A DNA stretch of 64,000 bases from an uncultured Gemmatimonadales bacterium (GTDB lineage: Bacteria > Gemmatimonadota > Gemmatimonadetes > Gemmatimonadales > GWC2-71-9). Location: NCBI GenBank assembly GCA_963844035.1, contig CAWJMT010000003.1, positions 1-64,000 on the forward strand, written 5' to 3'. The notes under the pieces were generated by a model that was not told the origin of the DNA, did not search any database, and worked only from the letters and a program-made list of their open reading frames with translations. Position 1 is the stretch's first letter. Each line of letters opens with the position of its first letter. Of the stretch, positions 37,320 to 48,842 are shown piece by piece. The translations under genes and the position numbers were made by a program.

Positions 37320-37773
37320 CGGCGGACGTGGTCCGGCTGCTCTGTTCCGGTCGGCCCGCTTGCCTGCGCGGTCGCGGCGGAAACGGTGCGGGAGATCCTG
37401 CCGCGCCTCGAAACCACTCGAATTCCGGGTGCCCCGGCCGTGGTCGCCGGGGTGGTGAACGTCCGCGGGAGCTGGTGACGGTGGTGGAGGGATGGCGGGC
37501 GCTTGGCCAGCCGGCGCCGGCCGCAGACACGCCGGCCGGAGAGGCACCGGCTGGAACCACCATGGTGCTGGAGTTCGCGGGCGGCGTAAGATCGCCGGCT
37601 TCACGGTGGACGAAGTGATCGACCTCCTTTCGGTAGGCGGCGAGACGCTGGAACGCCGACAGGCGCTGCCCGGCATCGACCCGGCGCTGGTGCAGGCTGT
37701 GGGCCGCCGGAGCGGGCAGCTCTTCGTGGTCCTCGATACTGACGCCCTGCTGACCCCCTTTTTGCTGCCGTAG
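37312..37773 (+). CDS. cheW: CheW-like adaptor 1 (indels)
   Basis: [40 protein letters not shown]. Confidence 0.8.
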
Positions 37774-37783
37774 GGAGGACGGT

Positions 37784-38148
37784 GTGGGCCATCGAGTGCT
37801 CGTCTGCGACGACGCGATCTTCATGCGGACGATGATCAGCGACATCCTCACCGCAGGCCGGCTACGAGGTCGTCGGGCGAGGCCGAGACCGGCGTCCAGG
37901 CGATCGAGCGCTACAAGGCGCTGCGGCCCGACCTCGTCACGATGGACATCGTGATGCCCGACATGGGCGGCATCGAGGCGGTGCGCGAGATCGTGAAGGA
38001 CGATCCCGACGCCAAGATCCTGATGTGCAGCGCCATGGGCCAGCAGGCGCTGGTGGTCGAGGCGATCCAGGCCGGCGCGAAGGACTTCGTGGTCAAGCCG
38101 TTCCAGCCGTCGCGCGTGCTCGAAGCGGTGCAGCGCGTCCTCGGGTAG
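37784..38148 (+). CDS. cheY: CheY response regulator (indels near 37855 and 37877)
   Basis: VLVCDDAIFMR, DLVTMDIVMPDMGG, CSAMGQQ, FVVKPF. Confidence 0.93.
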
Positions 38149-38150
38149 GC

Positions 38151-40064
38151 ATGGATGTCCGGCAGTACGCGGACCTCTTCCTCACCGAGAGCCGCGAGCA
38201 TCTCACCGCGTTCAACCAGCTGCTGCTCGAGTGGGAGCGCGACCCGGCGGCCACGGGAGCCGGTGAGCGGCATCTTCCGCGCGGTCCACACCGTGAAGGG
38301 GATGGCGGCGACGATGGGGTACGCGCGCGGTCGCCGACCTGGCGCACCGGGTGGAGAACCTGCTCGACGTGGTGCGGCGCGGGGAGCGGACCGCCGTGAC
38401 CGGCGACTGTTCGAGCTGCTGTTCCGCGCCGCCGACGCGCTCGAAAGCGGTCGACCTCGCGTGGTGGGCCGCGAGGGCGAGCTGGACGTCGCCGCGGCTC
38501 GCTCGCGGAGCTGGAGGCGGCGAGCGGACGCGTCGCTCCGCGCGCCGCGCCGCGGCGCGCCGCGCCGCGGCGCCGTCCCCGCGCCGGCGCCCGTCGCCCC
38601 GGGCGCCGCGGCCGGGGAAGGGCCGCGCTGGTGCAGGTGACGCTGCGTCCCGAGGCGGCGCTCAAGGGCGCGCGCGCGCTGCTGGTGCTGCGCAAGGCGG
38701 CAGACGCTCGGCGCCGTGCACGCGGTCACGCCGGCGCCCGGCGGCGTTCGAGTCCGAGGGCTTCGACGGACGGCTGGCCTTCCGGCTCGACTCGACGGCG
38801 CCGGCGGAGGCGATCGTGGCGGCGCTGCCAGGGCGCGGGCGACGTGGAGCGGGTGGAGGTCGCGGCGGAGGATCGGAGGAGCGCCGGCGCCGAGGGCGCC
38901 GCGAAGCGCACGCGCACGCGGCACATCCGCGTGGACCTGCGCCGGCTCGACGAGCTGATGAACCTGATCGGCGAGCTGGTCATCGCGCGCGGCCGCCTGA
39001 ACGAGCTCGCGCGCGGTTCGCGCGAGCCGGACCTCGACGACGTGCGCGATCCAGATCGCGCGTCTCGCGATCGAGCTGCAGAGCGAGATCATGGCGGCGC
39101 GGATGATGCCGGTGTGGCAGGTGTTCGACCGCTTCCCGCGGATGGTGCGCGACCTCGCGCGGCAGATGGGCAAGCAGGTCGCGTTCCGGGTCGAGGGGAA
39201 GGAGATCGAGCTGGACCGCGCGATCCTCGACGAGATCGCCGATCCGCTGGTGCACCTGCTGCGCAACGCGGTGGACCACGGCATCGAGCCGCCGGAGGAG
39301 CGGCCGCAGGCCGGCAAGCCGCCGGTGGGCGAGATCGTGCTCGCGGCGGTGCGCGAGCGCTCGAGCGTCGCGATCACGGTCTCGCGACGACGGGCGCGGG
39401 ATCGACCGCGCGCAAGGTACTCGAGCGGGCGCAGGCGGGATGGGCCTCGTGGAGCCGCACGCCGACATCCTGACGCGACGATCAGCTGCTGCGGATCCTG
39501 GCGCGCCCGGGCTTCACCACGGCCGAAGCGGTGACCGACGTGTCGGGACGGGGCGTGGGCATCGACGTGGTCAACGACGCGGCTGCGGGCGCTCGGCGGC
39601 TCGCTCGAGGTCCGGTCCGAGGCGGGCAAGGGCACCACGCTTCACGCTGCGGCTGCCGGTGACGCTGGCGATCGTGCGGGCGCTGCTGGCGCGCGTGGGC
39701 GACGAGCGCTACGCGCTGCCGCTGACGCACGTGGCGGAGACGGTGGAGTTCGGCGACGAGCCGACGACGACGATCGCAGGGCCGGGAGGCGATGCTGCTG
39801 CGCGACCGGGTGGTGCCGCTGGTGCGGCTGCGCGAGCTGCTCGGCGTGCGGCGGCGCCGCACCGCCGGCCGCGCCAGCCGGTGATCGTGCTGGAGATCGG
39901 CGAGCGCCGCGCCGGGCGTGGTGGTGGACGGCATGCTCGGGCAGCAGGAGATCGTGGTGAAGAGCTTCGATGCGCCGCGCGGGACGCTGCCGGTGTTCAG
40001 CGGGGCGACGATCCTCGGCGACGGCGATCCCGGCGTTGATTCTCGACGCCGGCGGCCTGTCTAG
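38151..40064 (+). CDS. cheA: Chemotaxis histidine kinase CheA, P1-P5 (indels)
   Basis: IFRAVHTVKGMAATMG (HPt), IRVDLRRLDELMNLIGELVI, HLLRNAVDHGIE, SGRGVG.DVV, LPVTLAI, QQEIVVK, GATILGDG. Confidence 0.95.
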
Positions 40065-40075
40065 GGGAGGGGGCG

Positions 40076-40707
<632 letters not shown>

Positions 40708-40711
<4 letters not shown>

Positions 40712-43427
40712 CGGCGCCGGCGCCCTCGGAGCGCGACCTCGCCGTCCTGCGGTCGTTCGCCCGCCGGATCGATCCGTCCGACGCCGGGCGCCCACAACAA
40801 TCTCGGCGTGCTCTACTATCCGCAAGGGCTCTCACCAGGAGGCGATCGCCGAGCTTCACGCGCGCGCTCGAGCTCGACCCGCAAGATGGCGGTCGCGCAG
40901 CGCAACCTCGAGATCGTCTACCGCACACCGGGGTTCTACGACCGGCGCATCGCCGAGCTGCGGGAGCGGCTGCGCCAGCGCGCCGGACGACCGCGAGGCG
41001 CGCTGGGAGCTGGCGCGCGCCTACGCGTTCGTCGGGCAGTACGAGGAGGCGGTCGCCGAGTTCGAGGCGCTGCTCGCCGAGCGGCCCGGCGACATCGGGG
41101 CGATGCTCCAGCTCGGGCCTCGCCGAGCAGCGCCGCGGGCGCCTCGAGGCGGCCGCCGAGTGGTTCGTCCGCGCGCGCGAGCTGGATCCCTCGAGTCGTC
41201 GGTGCTCGCGTTCCACCACGGCGAGGTGCTACTACAACCGGGGACTGAACGACGACGCGCTGGCCGCGCTGGAGCGCGCGGTCGCGCTGAGCCCCGACAA
41301 CGCCGACGCCCACTACCTGCTGGCCTTCGTGCTCGGCGACCTGGGCCGCCACGCCGAGGCGCGGGCCGCGTCCAAGCGCGCCGTCCAGCTCAACCCGGCG
41401 CTCGGCGCGCGCCCAGACCAACCTGTCGCTCGAGCGCACACCGCCGACGCACGGCGCGCGAGCAGCGCGCGCCGCGAGGCTCCCGCAGCCGGCGATCGCC
41501 GAGGGCAACGCGCTCGCGCACTACAACCTCGGCCCGCGCCTTCCGCCAGAAGGGCTACTACGCCGAGGCGCTGCGCGAGTACCGGCTCGCCCTGGAGCGC
41601 GGCGAGGACCGCCGCGCTCGCGCTCGCGAGGCGATGGCCGAGGTGCACCTGCTGCGGCGCGACCTCCCGGCGGCGCTGCGAGCTGTACGAGGAGCTGGTC
41701 GGCGAGTCGCCGGACTCCGCCAAGCTGTGGAACGAGCGCGGCGTCTGCCTGCACCAGGGCGGGCCGCGCCGACGAGGCGCTCGCGTCGTACCGGCGGGCG
41801 GTCGCGGCCGACCCGAGTACGCGCCTCGCCCGCAACAACCTCGGCGTGGCTGCTCGTGCGCAGGCGCCCGACGGAGCAGGCGGTGGAGGCGTTCCGCGAC
41901 GGCCCTGCAGGCGGGCCGACGCTGATCACGCCGCGCGCCTCAACCTCGCCCTGCTGCTCGCCCAGCTCGACCGCACCAGCTGTCGCTCGAGGCGTACCGC
42001 CAGGTGCTCGAGATCGAGCCCGCACTCCGCCGCCGCGTGGAACGGCATCGGGCTCGTGCTCGTCGAGCTGCAAGCGCTACGCCGACGCGAGCAACGCCTT
42101 CGCGCGCGCGGTCGAGGCCGACCCCGAGCACGCGCGGCGCGCACTACAACCTGAGCTTCACGCTGTCGAATCTCGGCGACTTCGAGGGCGCGCTGCGCGA
42201 GATGCAAGCGGGCGCTCGAGCTCGATCCCGTACTACGTCCCGCAGAAGTTCCTGCTCGCGATCGAGCTGCAGTTCGAGGACCCGTCGCTCAGCGTCGCTC
42301 CCGAGATCTCGGCGGACGTCCGGCCGAGACCTGGGGGAGTCGTTCGCCTTCGATCCGCGCCTGCTCGACGACATCTTCAAGGAGCTTGCCCCGGCCGGCC
42401 GCCGCGGCACGCGACACGGCGCAGCGGGCCGAGGACCCTTTCGGGCTGGCGCGCGACTACCTTTCCAAGGGGCTCTTCGAGCAGGCCGCCGCGGAGGCGA
42501 CCCGCGCGGTGCAACGCGGCGCCGACCGGGTGGACGCCGCGGTGCTGCTGGGCGACGTCTTCGCGCGGCGCGGCCTGCTACGGCGAGGCGCTCGAGCGCT
42601 ACCGGGAGGCGCGGGCGCTCGACCCGACCACGTCCGCGACGCGCTGCGCGGGGAGGTGCGCGCGCTCCTGGCGCTCGACCGTGCTCGCCGAGGCGCGGCC
42701 GCTGGCGGAGCAGCTGCTCGGGCTCACACCCGACGACGTGGAGGCCGCGGTGCTCGCGGCGAAGGCGCGCGGCCGGCGGCGACCCCGCGGGCGCGCTCGA
42801 CGCGCTGCGCCAGGCGCAGACGCGCGCGCCGGCGCGGGCCGACGTCCGCAAGCTGCTGGGCGACGTGGCGCTCAGGGTCGGCGACGCCGAGCGGCGCCTT
42901 CGCCGCCTACCGGGCGGCGCTCGAGCTCGACCCGGGATACGTCCAGGTCTGGGTCGAGGTCGGGCGGCTGCACGAGCTCAAGGAGGAATCGGGGCCGGCG
43001 GAGCAGGCGTACCGCGCGGCACTCGAGCACCTCCCGAGCTTCTACGAGGCCGCGCTGGCGCTCGCCGTCTGCTGCGGCGGGTGGGGCGCGGCGCCGAGGC
43101 GCGTGGACGCGCCTGGCGACGATGCTGGAGCAGGATCCCTACGATTTCGAGGCGCTGCTGCTGCTGGCGCCGGGTGCTGCTCGACGACAAGCGCGGATGC
43201 GGCGGCGCTCGAAGCGTCCGGCGGGTCGTGCAGTTCGAGCCCGAGCACGTCGAGGCGCGGTTCCAGCTCGGCGTCGCGCTCGCGCGTGAGCGGCGCTACC
43301 GCGACGCCGTGGCGGCGTGGGAGCGGGTGACGCGCCTCGACCCGTCCGGACCGTTCGCGCAGCGCGCGCGGATCCACGCGCGCACGGCGCTCGACCTGGT
43401 GCACATCTTCGCCCCGGCGCGGCCTGA
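40708..43427 (+). CDS. Large TPR-repeat protein, ~900 aa (many indels; end approximate)
   Basis: Repeated AHNNLGV, AHYLLA, AHYNLG, LWNERG, AWNGIG, ARFQLG TPR units. Confidence 0.8.
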
Positions 43428-43438
43428 CCGATGGCGAC

Positions 43439-44603
43439 ATGGCGATCGAAGGCCCGCTTCGCGAGCTCGGCCTCCACGACGTCTTCCAGCTGCTCGACCT
43501 GAGCCGGAAGACCGGCGTGCTGCGCGTCACGTCGGACCTGCGGCACAACGACGGCACCGTGTACTTCGACGGCGGGCACGATCGTGTTCGCCGAGATCCG
43601 CAGCAACCCCCACCCGCTCGGGGCGCTGCTGCTGCGGACCGGCAAGATCGCCGAGGCCGACCTCGAGCGGGCGCGCGACATGCAGACGCGCCAGGGAGAC
43701 CCGCGCCGGCTGGGCCAGATCCTGGTCGAGATGGGCGCGATCACGGCGCGCGAGCTGGAGCGCCAGGTGCGAGTTCCAGATCGAGGAGAGTCGTCTTCGA
43801 GCTGATGTCGCTGGCGCGAGGGCTTCTTCTCGTTCGCCGAGGAAGCGGTCGACCGGACTGCCCGCGGACGTGCCGTGCGGATTCCCACGGAGGCCATCCT
43901 GATGGAGGGGGCGCGCCGCATCGACGAGTGGTCGCGCATCGAGAAGCGCATCTCCGCACCTCGGCGTCGTGCCGCTCCTCGCGCCGCCGCGGGACGGGGA
44001 CGCGGGGCAAGCTCGACCTGCTGCCGGCGGAGTGGGAGCGTGCTCGCGCAGGTGGACGGAACGCGGGACGTGCGTGCCATCGCGCCGTCGCTGGGCCGCT
44101 CGGAGTTCGACGTGGCGAAGACGCTGTTCGGCCTGGAGAGCGCGGGCGTGATCGTGCTGGTGGATCCGGGAGCGGCCAAAGGCGATCGCGTGACGACGGC
44201 CGCCGAGCTCGCCGAGCTCGTGGCCCGCGCCGAAGACGCGCTCGCCGCCAAGGACCTGGGCCGCGCGCGCGCGGAAGCGGAGCAGGCCGCCGCACTGTTT
44301 CCGCACGATGCCGCGGTCCATCTGCTGCTCGGCCGCATCCAGCTCGCCGACGGCCGCCCGGGTGACGCGGCGGACGAGCTGCGGCGCGCCCTCCACCTCG
44401 ACTCGTTCCTGGTCGCGGCGCACCGCATGCTCGGGTACGCGCTCGTGGCGTCGGGCCGGTTCGCGGAGGCGGTGGAGCAGTGGGAACAGTGGGAGCGGCT
44501 CGCGTCGCGCTCGGACGCCGAGACCGCGCAGCTCGAGCAGGTGCGTCGCGCCAAGACGGCCGCGCAAACGCTCGTCGGCGCCGGGGTGCCGGGCCATGAC
44601 TGA
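43439..44603 (+). CDS. DUF4388 (PATAN-like) + MshEN-like + TPR protein 1 (indels)
   Basis: MAIEGPLRELGLHDVFQLL..SRKTG.L, W.EG.F.F, EAILMEGARRIDEW, C-terminal TPRs. Confidence 0.82.
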
Positions 44604-45432
44604 AGACATCAAGTCGCTCTCCGCCCAGCTCGCCCAGGATCCCATGAGCCTCGTCTTCCTGCGCCTCGCCGAGCTGCTGCGGCAGAAGGGGCAGCTCGAC
44701 GCCGCGCACCGGGTGGCGCTGAGCGGCTGGAGCGCCACCCGCATGTGGCCGACGCGCACGACCTGTACGCGCGCATCCTCGCCGACAAGGGGGACTACGA
44801 GCGCGCATTCGACGAGTGGGACATGGCGCTGCGGATCGCTCCCGGCCACACCGGCGCGCTCAAGGGGCTTTCCTTCCTGTACTTCAAGGTGGGCGACGTG
44901 GATCAGGCGGTGGCGCACCTCGAGTCGGCGCGGCGCCATAGCCCCGACGACCCGGGGATCGAGCAGGCTCTGGCCGTCGTGCGGGGCGGCCGGCCGGTCA
45001 AACCCGCGGCGGCTCCCGCTGCGGGACGTCAGGAGCCGGCGGCGACCGCCGCCGCTGCGATGCCGCTGGAAGACGCTCGCGTCTTCGCCGGCCTCGAAGG
45101 CGCGCAGGAGGGGCTGCTACTGCTCGATGCCGCGGGGCGAGTGCTGGGCGGCGCACTCCGCAATCCCGCCGGCGACGACGTCACCGATGCGGTCGCCGCC
45201 TATCTCGCGGGCGTGTCGCGGGAAGCGGCGCGCACCGCCAAGCTGCTCGGCCTTGGGACCTGGACCGGGCTCGCGACCGAAGGGGGTCAGGGCCACGTCC
45301 ATCTTGCGCCAGCCCACGTCCGACGCCCTGCTGCTGGTGCTGCGCGACCGCGCGATGCCGATCGGACGCCTCGCCATCGTGGCGCAGCGGGCCGCGCACG
45401 CGGCACGTCGCTGGCTGGAGCGGCAGGGATGA
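44596..45432 (+). CDS. TPR-roadblock/LC7 fusion protein (indels)
   Basis: N-terminal TPRs (LVFLRLAELLR, ALKGLSFLY), Ala/Pro linker, C-terminal LLLLDAAGRVL...VAAYLAG...LGLG roadblock-like fold. Confidence 0.7.
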   Translation: MTEDIKSLSAQLAQDPMSLVFLRLAELLRQKGQLDAAHRVALSGWSATRMWPTRTTCTRASSPTRGTTSAHSTSGTWRCGSLPATPARSRGFPSCTSRWATWIRRWRTSSRRGAIAPTTRGSSRLWPSCGAAGRSNPRRLPLRDVRSRRRPPPLRCRWKTLASSPASKARRRGCYCSMPRGECWAAHSAIPPATTSPMRSPPISRACRGKRRAPPSCSALGPGPGSRPKGVRATSILRQPTSDALLLVLRDRAMPIGRLAIVAQRAAHAARRWLERQG

Positions 45433-45779
45433 CGGCCGCCCCGTTCGAGCGCGCCCTCGACCGGATCTCGCGGGTCCGCGGTGTCCGCGGCTCGATGTTC
45501 GTCTCCGCCGACGACGGCCTGGTGGTGGCGGAGCTCCTGATGGAGGGCGTCAACGGCGGCGGTCGCCGCGCTCGCCGCCTGCCTCGCCACCGGCTGGGGC
45601 GGGCGATGGAAGCGGCGGGGATCGGCCGCAGCGTGTTCTGGCACCTCCAGGGGACCGACGGCACGCTGCTCGTCGTCCCGGCGGCGCCGGGATCCTCGTG
45701 GTCGCGGTCACCGAACCGCGACGTGAACGTCGGGCTGTGCGGCTCGAGATGCTGCGCGCCGCGGAGGCGGTGGCGATGA
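45429..45779 (+). CDS. Roadblock/LC7 domain protein (indels)
   Basis: ISRVRGVRGSMFVSADDGLVV...VAALAA...VNVGL.RLEM. Confidence 0.8.
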   Translation: MTAAPFERALDRISRVRGVRGSMFVSADDGLVVAELLMEGVNGGGRRARRLPRHRLGRAMEAAGIGRSVFWHLQGTDGTLLVVPAAPGSSWSRSPNRDVNVGLCGSRCCAPRRRWR

Positions 45780-46251
45780 CGACCACGGTCGTCGAGCCCT
45801 GGACGCACGAGCCGCTGCAGCGGTTCGTGGGCGCAGGCGAGCGCGCGGCTGGTGGTGCGTCATGACGCCGGCGGGGCAGGTGCTGGCCCAGCACGGCTTC
45901 GCGCGGGCGGTGGACCTGATGTCGGCGTGCGGCGCTCGGCGCGGCGATCATGGCGTCGTCGGCGGCGCTCGCGCGAGCTGCTGGGCGAGCCGCCGTTCGG
46001 CGCCCTGTTCCACGCGGGCGAGCGCCACGGCATCCATCTCGGCGCGGTGCCCACGACCCCGCGGGACCGGCTGGTCGCGCTGACGGTGTTCGGCCGGGAG
46101 ACGTCGATCGGGCTGGTGCAGCTCTTCTTCGAGCGAGTTCGCCGCGGCGCTCAAGGCCGCGGCGCCCGCGGAGCGGCGTCGCGGCCCGGTCCTCGCCGCG
46201 GACTTCGAGGCGGAGCTGAGCCGCAGTCTCGACTCGCTCTTCGGCAGGTGA
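45776..46251 (+). CDS. mglB: MglB-like roadblock protein (indels)
   Basis: TPAGQVLAQ.G, LGEPPFGALFHAGERHGIH, VFGRETSIGLV resembling MglB; directly upstream of mglA. Confidence 0.7.
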
Positions 46252-46255
46252 GCCC

Positions 46256-46873
46256 ATGTCGCTCGTGAACTTCACGACGCGCGAGATCACCTGCAAGATC
46301 GTCTACTACGGGCCGGGGCGGTCGGGGAAGACGACCAACCTGCAGTACATCTACGGCCAGGTCCCGGACGACGCGCCGCGGGCGCATGGTGTCGCTCGCC
46401 ACCCAGACCGACCGCACGCTGTTCTTCGACTTCCTGCCGCTCGATCTCGGCGTCGATCTCGGGGTTCACGACCAAGTTCCAGCTGTACACGGTGCCCGGG
46501 CCAGGTCTACTACAACGCCACCCGCAAGCTGGTGCTGCAGGGCGCCGACGGCGTGGTGTTCGTGGCCGACAGCCAGGCGCGCCAGCTCGACGAGAACATC
46601 GAGAGCCTGCAGAACCTCCAGCGAGAACCTGCTCGAGCACGGGCGTCGACATCCGCACGCTGCCGATGGTGCTGCAGTACAACAAGCAGGACCTGCCCGC
46701 GCGACCTCATCCTCGCGCCCGGCGGAGCTCGACGACGCGCTCAACTTCCGCGCGCTGCCCGAGCTTCCCGGCCGACGCCCTGCACGGGCGCGGGCGTGTT
46801 CGAGACGCTGAAGGCGATCAGCGCCGAGGTGCTGCGCAAGCTGAGCCAGCGCGCGCCGGGGCGGCACGGCTGA
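46256..46873 (+). CDS. mglA: MglA small Ras-like GTPase (indels)
   Basis: [74 protein letters not shown]. Confidence 0.95.
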   Translation: MSLVNFTTREITCKIVYYGPGRSGKTTNLQYIYGQVPDDAPRAHGVARHPDRPHAVLRLPAARSRRRSRGSRPSSSCTRCPGQVYYNATRKLVLQGADGVVFVADSQARQLDENIESLQNLQREPARARASTSARCRWCCSTTSRTCPRDLILAPGGARRRAQLPRAARASRPTPCTGAGVFETLKAISAEVLRKLSQRAPGRHG

Positions 46874-46874
46874 C

Positions 46875-48842
46875 GTGGACCTGAACCCGCGCTTCCAGTT
46901 CGAGACCTTCGTCGTCGGCGCGAGCAACCGGCTCGCCGCGACGGCGGCGCGCGCGTCGCCGAGTCGCCGGGCGACGGCCTACAACCCGCTGTTCATCTAC
47001 GGCGGGTCGGGGCTGGGCAAGACGCACCTGCTGCAGGCCATCGGCCACGCGGCGCTCGAGCAGCAGCCCGGCGCTCCGCGTCGAGTACGTGACGCTCGAG
47101 GAGTTCGTCGAGCAGTTCCACGCCGCGGTCGCCGCGGGGCAGGGCGACGCCTTCCGCCGCAGCGTCGCAGGAGTCGGACGTGCTCCTCCTCGACGACGTG
47201 CAGTTCCTCGACGAACGCAACGCGAGATGCAGGCGGAGCTGCTCCGGCTCACCGAGGCGCTGCAGGCGGCCGGCCGGCAGATCGTGCTGACCAGCGACCG
47301 CCCGCCGGCCGAGATCGCGCGACCTCGACGAGCGGCTGATCTCGCGGCTCTCCGGCGGCCTCGCTGGTGGACATCGCGGCGCCCGACTACGAGACGCGCG
47401 TCGCCATCCTGCGGCGCAAGGCGGAGGAGCGCGGCGTCGACGTTCCCGCCGGGCGTGCTCGAGGCGGTGGCGGGCGGCGCGATCCAGAACGTGCGCGAGC
47501 TGATGGGCGCGCTGAACCGGCTCGATCGCCTTCCAGGCGGTGAGCGAGGCGCCGCTCACGCCGAGGGCGCGCCGCGCTGCTCGGCCTGTCGCTGCCCGCG
47601 AGCACGGCGGCCGCGCGCGGCGGCCGCCGCGCGCCGCGCCAGGCGGACGAGTTCGCCGCGTTCCTGCAGGACGTGACCGCCACCGTGGCGCAGAGCGGTC
47701 GAAGCGTGGCGCGCGCGCGTCGGCGAGGCGGTCGTGCGCTGGCAGGGCGAGGGCTACCGCACGCGCCGGCTGGAGGCGCTCCTCGAGCGACGACACCCCC
47801 GGCGCGGTGGACGACGTGATCGCGGCGTTCGCAGGCGGACGTCGAGCGGCTGCGCGCGCTCGGGCCGAGGTCGCCGCGCTCGACCCGCCAGGCCGCGGGG
47901 CACGCCATGTTCCGCGACCCGGACCGCCTGGCGGAGGCGCGAGGCCGCGGCGGCCACCGTGCAGGCGGGCGTCGGCGCCGCCCCCCGGCCCCTCGGAGGC
48001 GTTTACGCTTCGCGGCGTTCATCGTGGGGGCGGCGAACCAGGTGGCCGTGCGCGCGGCGCACGCGGTGCTCGACGCAGCCCGGCAGCGCTACAACCCGCT
48101 CGTCATCGACCGGGCCGAGCGGCGTCGGCAAGACGCACCTGCTTGCACGCGATCGGCAACGAGCTCGCCGAAGGCGCGGCCGGCGCCGTCGTCGCCTGCT
48201 TCTCCACCCAGGCGTTCATCGACGAGCTCATCGCCGCCATCGACGGCGACCGGGTCGATTGGTGGCGCGCGCGCTACCGGCGGCGCCGACCGCGCTGCTG
48301 CTCGACGACGTGCAGCTGCTCGCCGGGAAGGAGCGGACGCAGGAGGAGCTGTTCAACCTGTTCAACCTGCTGCACGACGGGGAGCGCCAGCTGGTGTTCA
48401 CGCCGCCGGCCCATCCCAGCACGCTCGTGGGCGTGGAGCAGCGCCTCGGCTCGCGGCTCGAGGGCGGCCTCGTGGTGGAGCTGGCGGCGCCGGACCGCGA
48501 CGTGCGGCGCGCGGTGCTCGACCGCCTGCTCGCGCAGCACGAGCGTCGAGTCCCGACGCCGCGCTGCGCGACTACCTCGCCGACCGCCCGGTGGATTCGG
48601 TCCGCAGCCGTGCGGCGTGGTGCAGCGCGTGATGAACGCCGCGGCGGACGCCGGATCGAGCCGCTCAGCGTCGCCGCTCGCGCGCGAAGTCCTGGAGGGA
48701 CGGCCCGCCGCGTCCGGGCGCGCAACGGGCGGCCTCCGCACCAGCGGTCCGATCGTGTCGAGCCGGGCGGCTCCGCAGCCGCGAGAAGGTCGTGTGGGAC
48801 TGGCCCGACGTCGCCGACCGGCTGATCGAGGAGCTGCGCTGA
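46875..48842 (+). CDS. Tandem DnaA/Hda-type AAA+ protein lacking DnaA domains I and IV (indels)
   Basis: Module 1: [63 protein letters not shown]. Module 2: [46 protein letters not shown]. Confidence 0.85.

Noticed and set aside
46875..48842. True dnaA/oriC region
   Set aside because: No domain I or IV, duplicated ATPase domain, no dnaN/recF/gyrB, and no DnaA-box cluster or AT-rich unwinding element seen.
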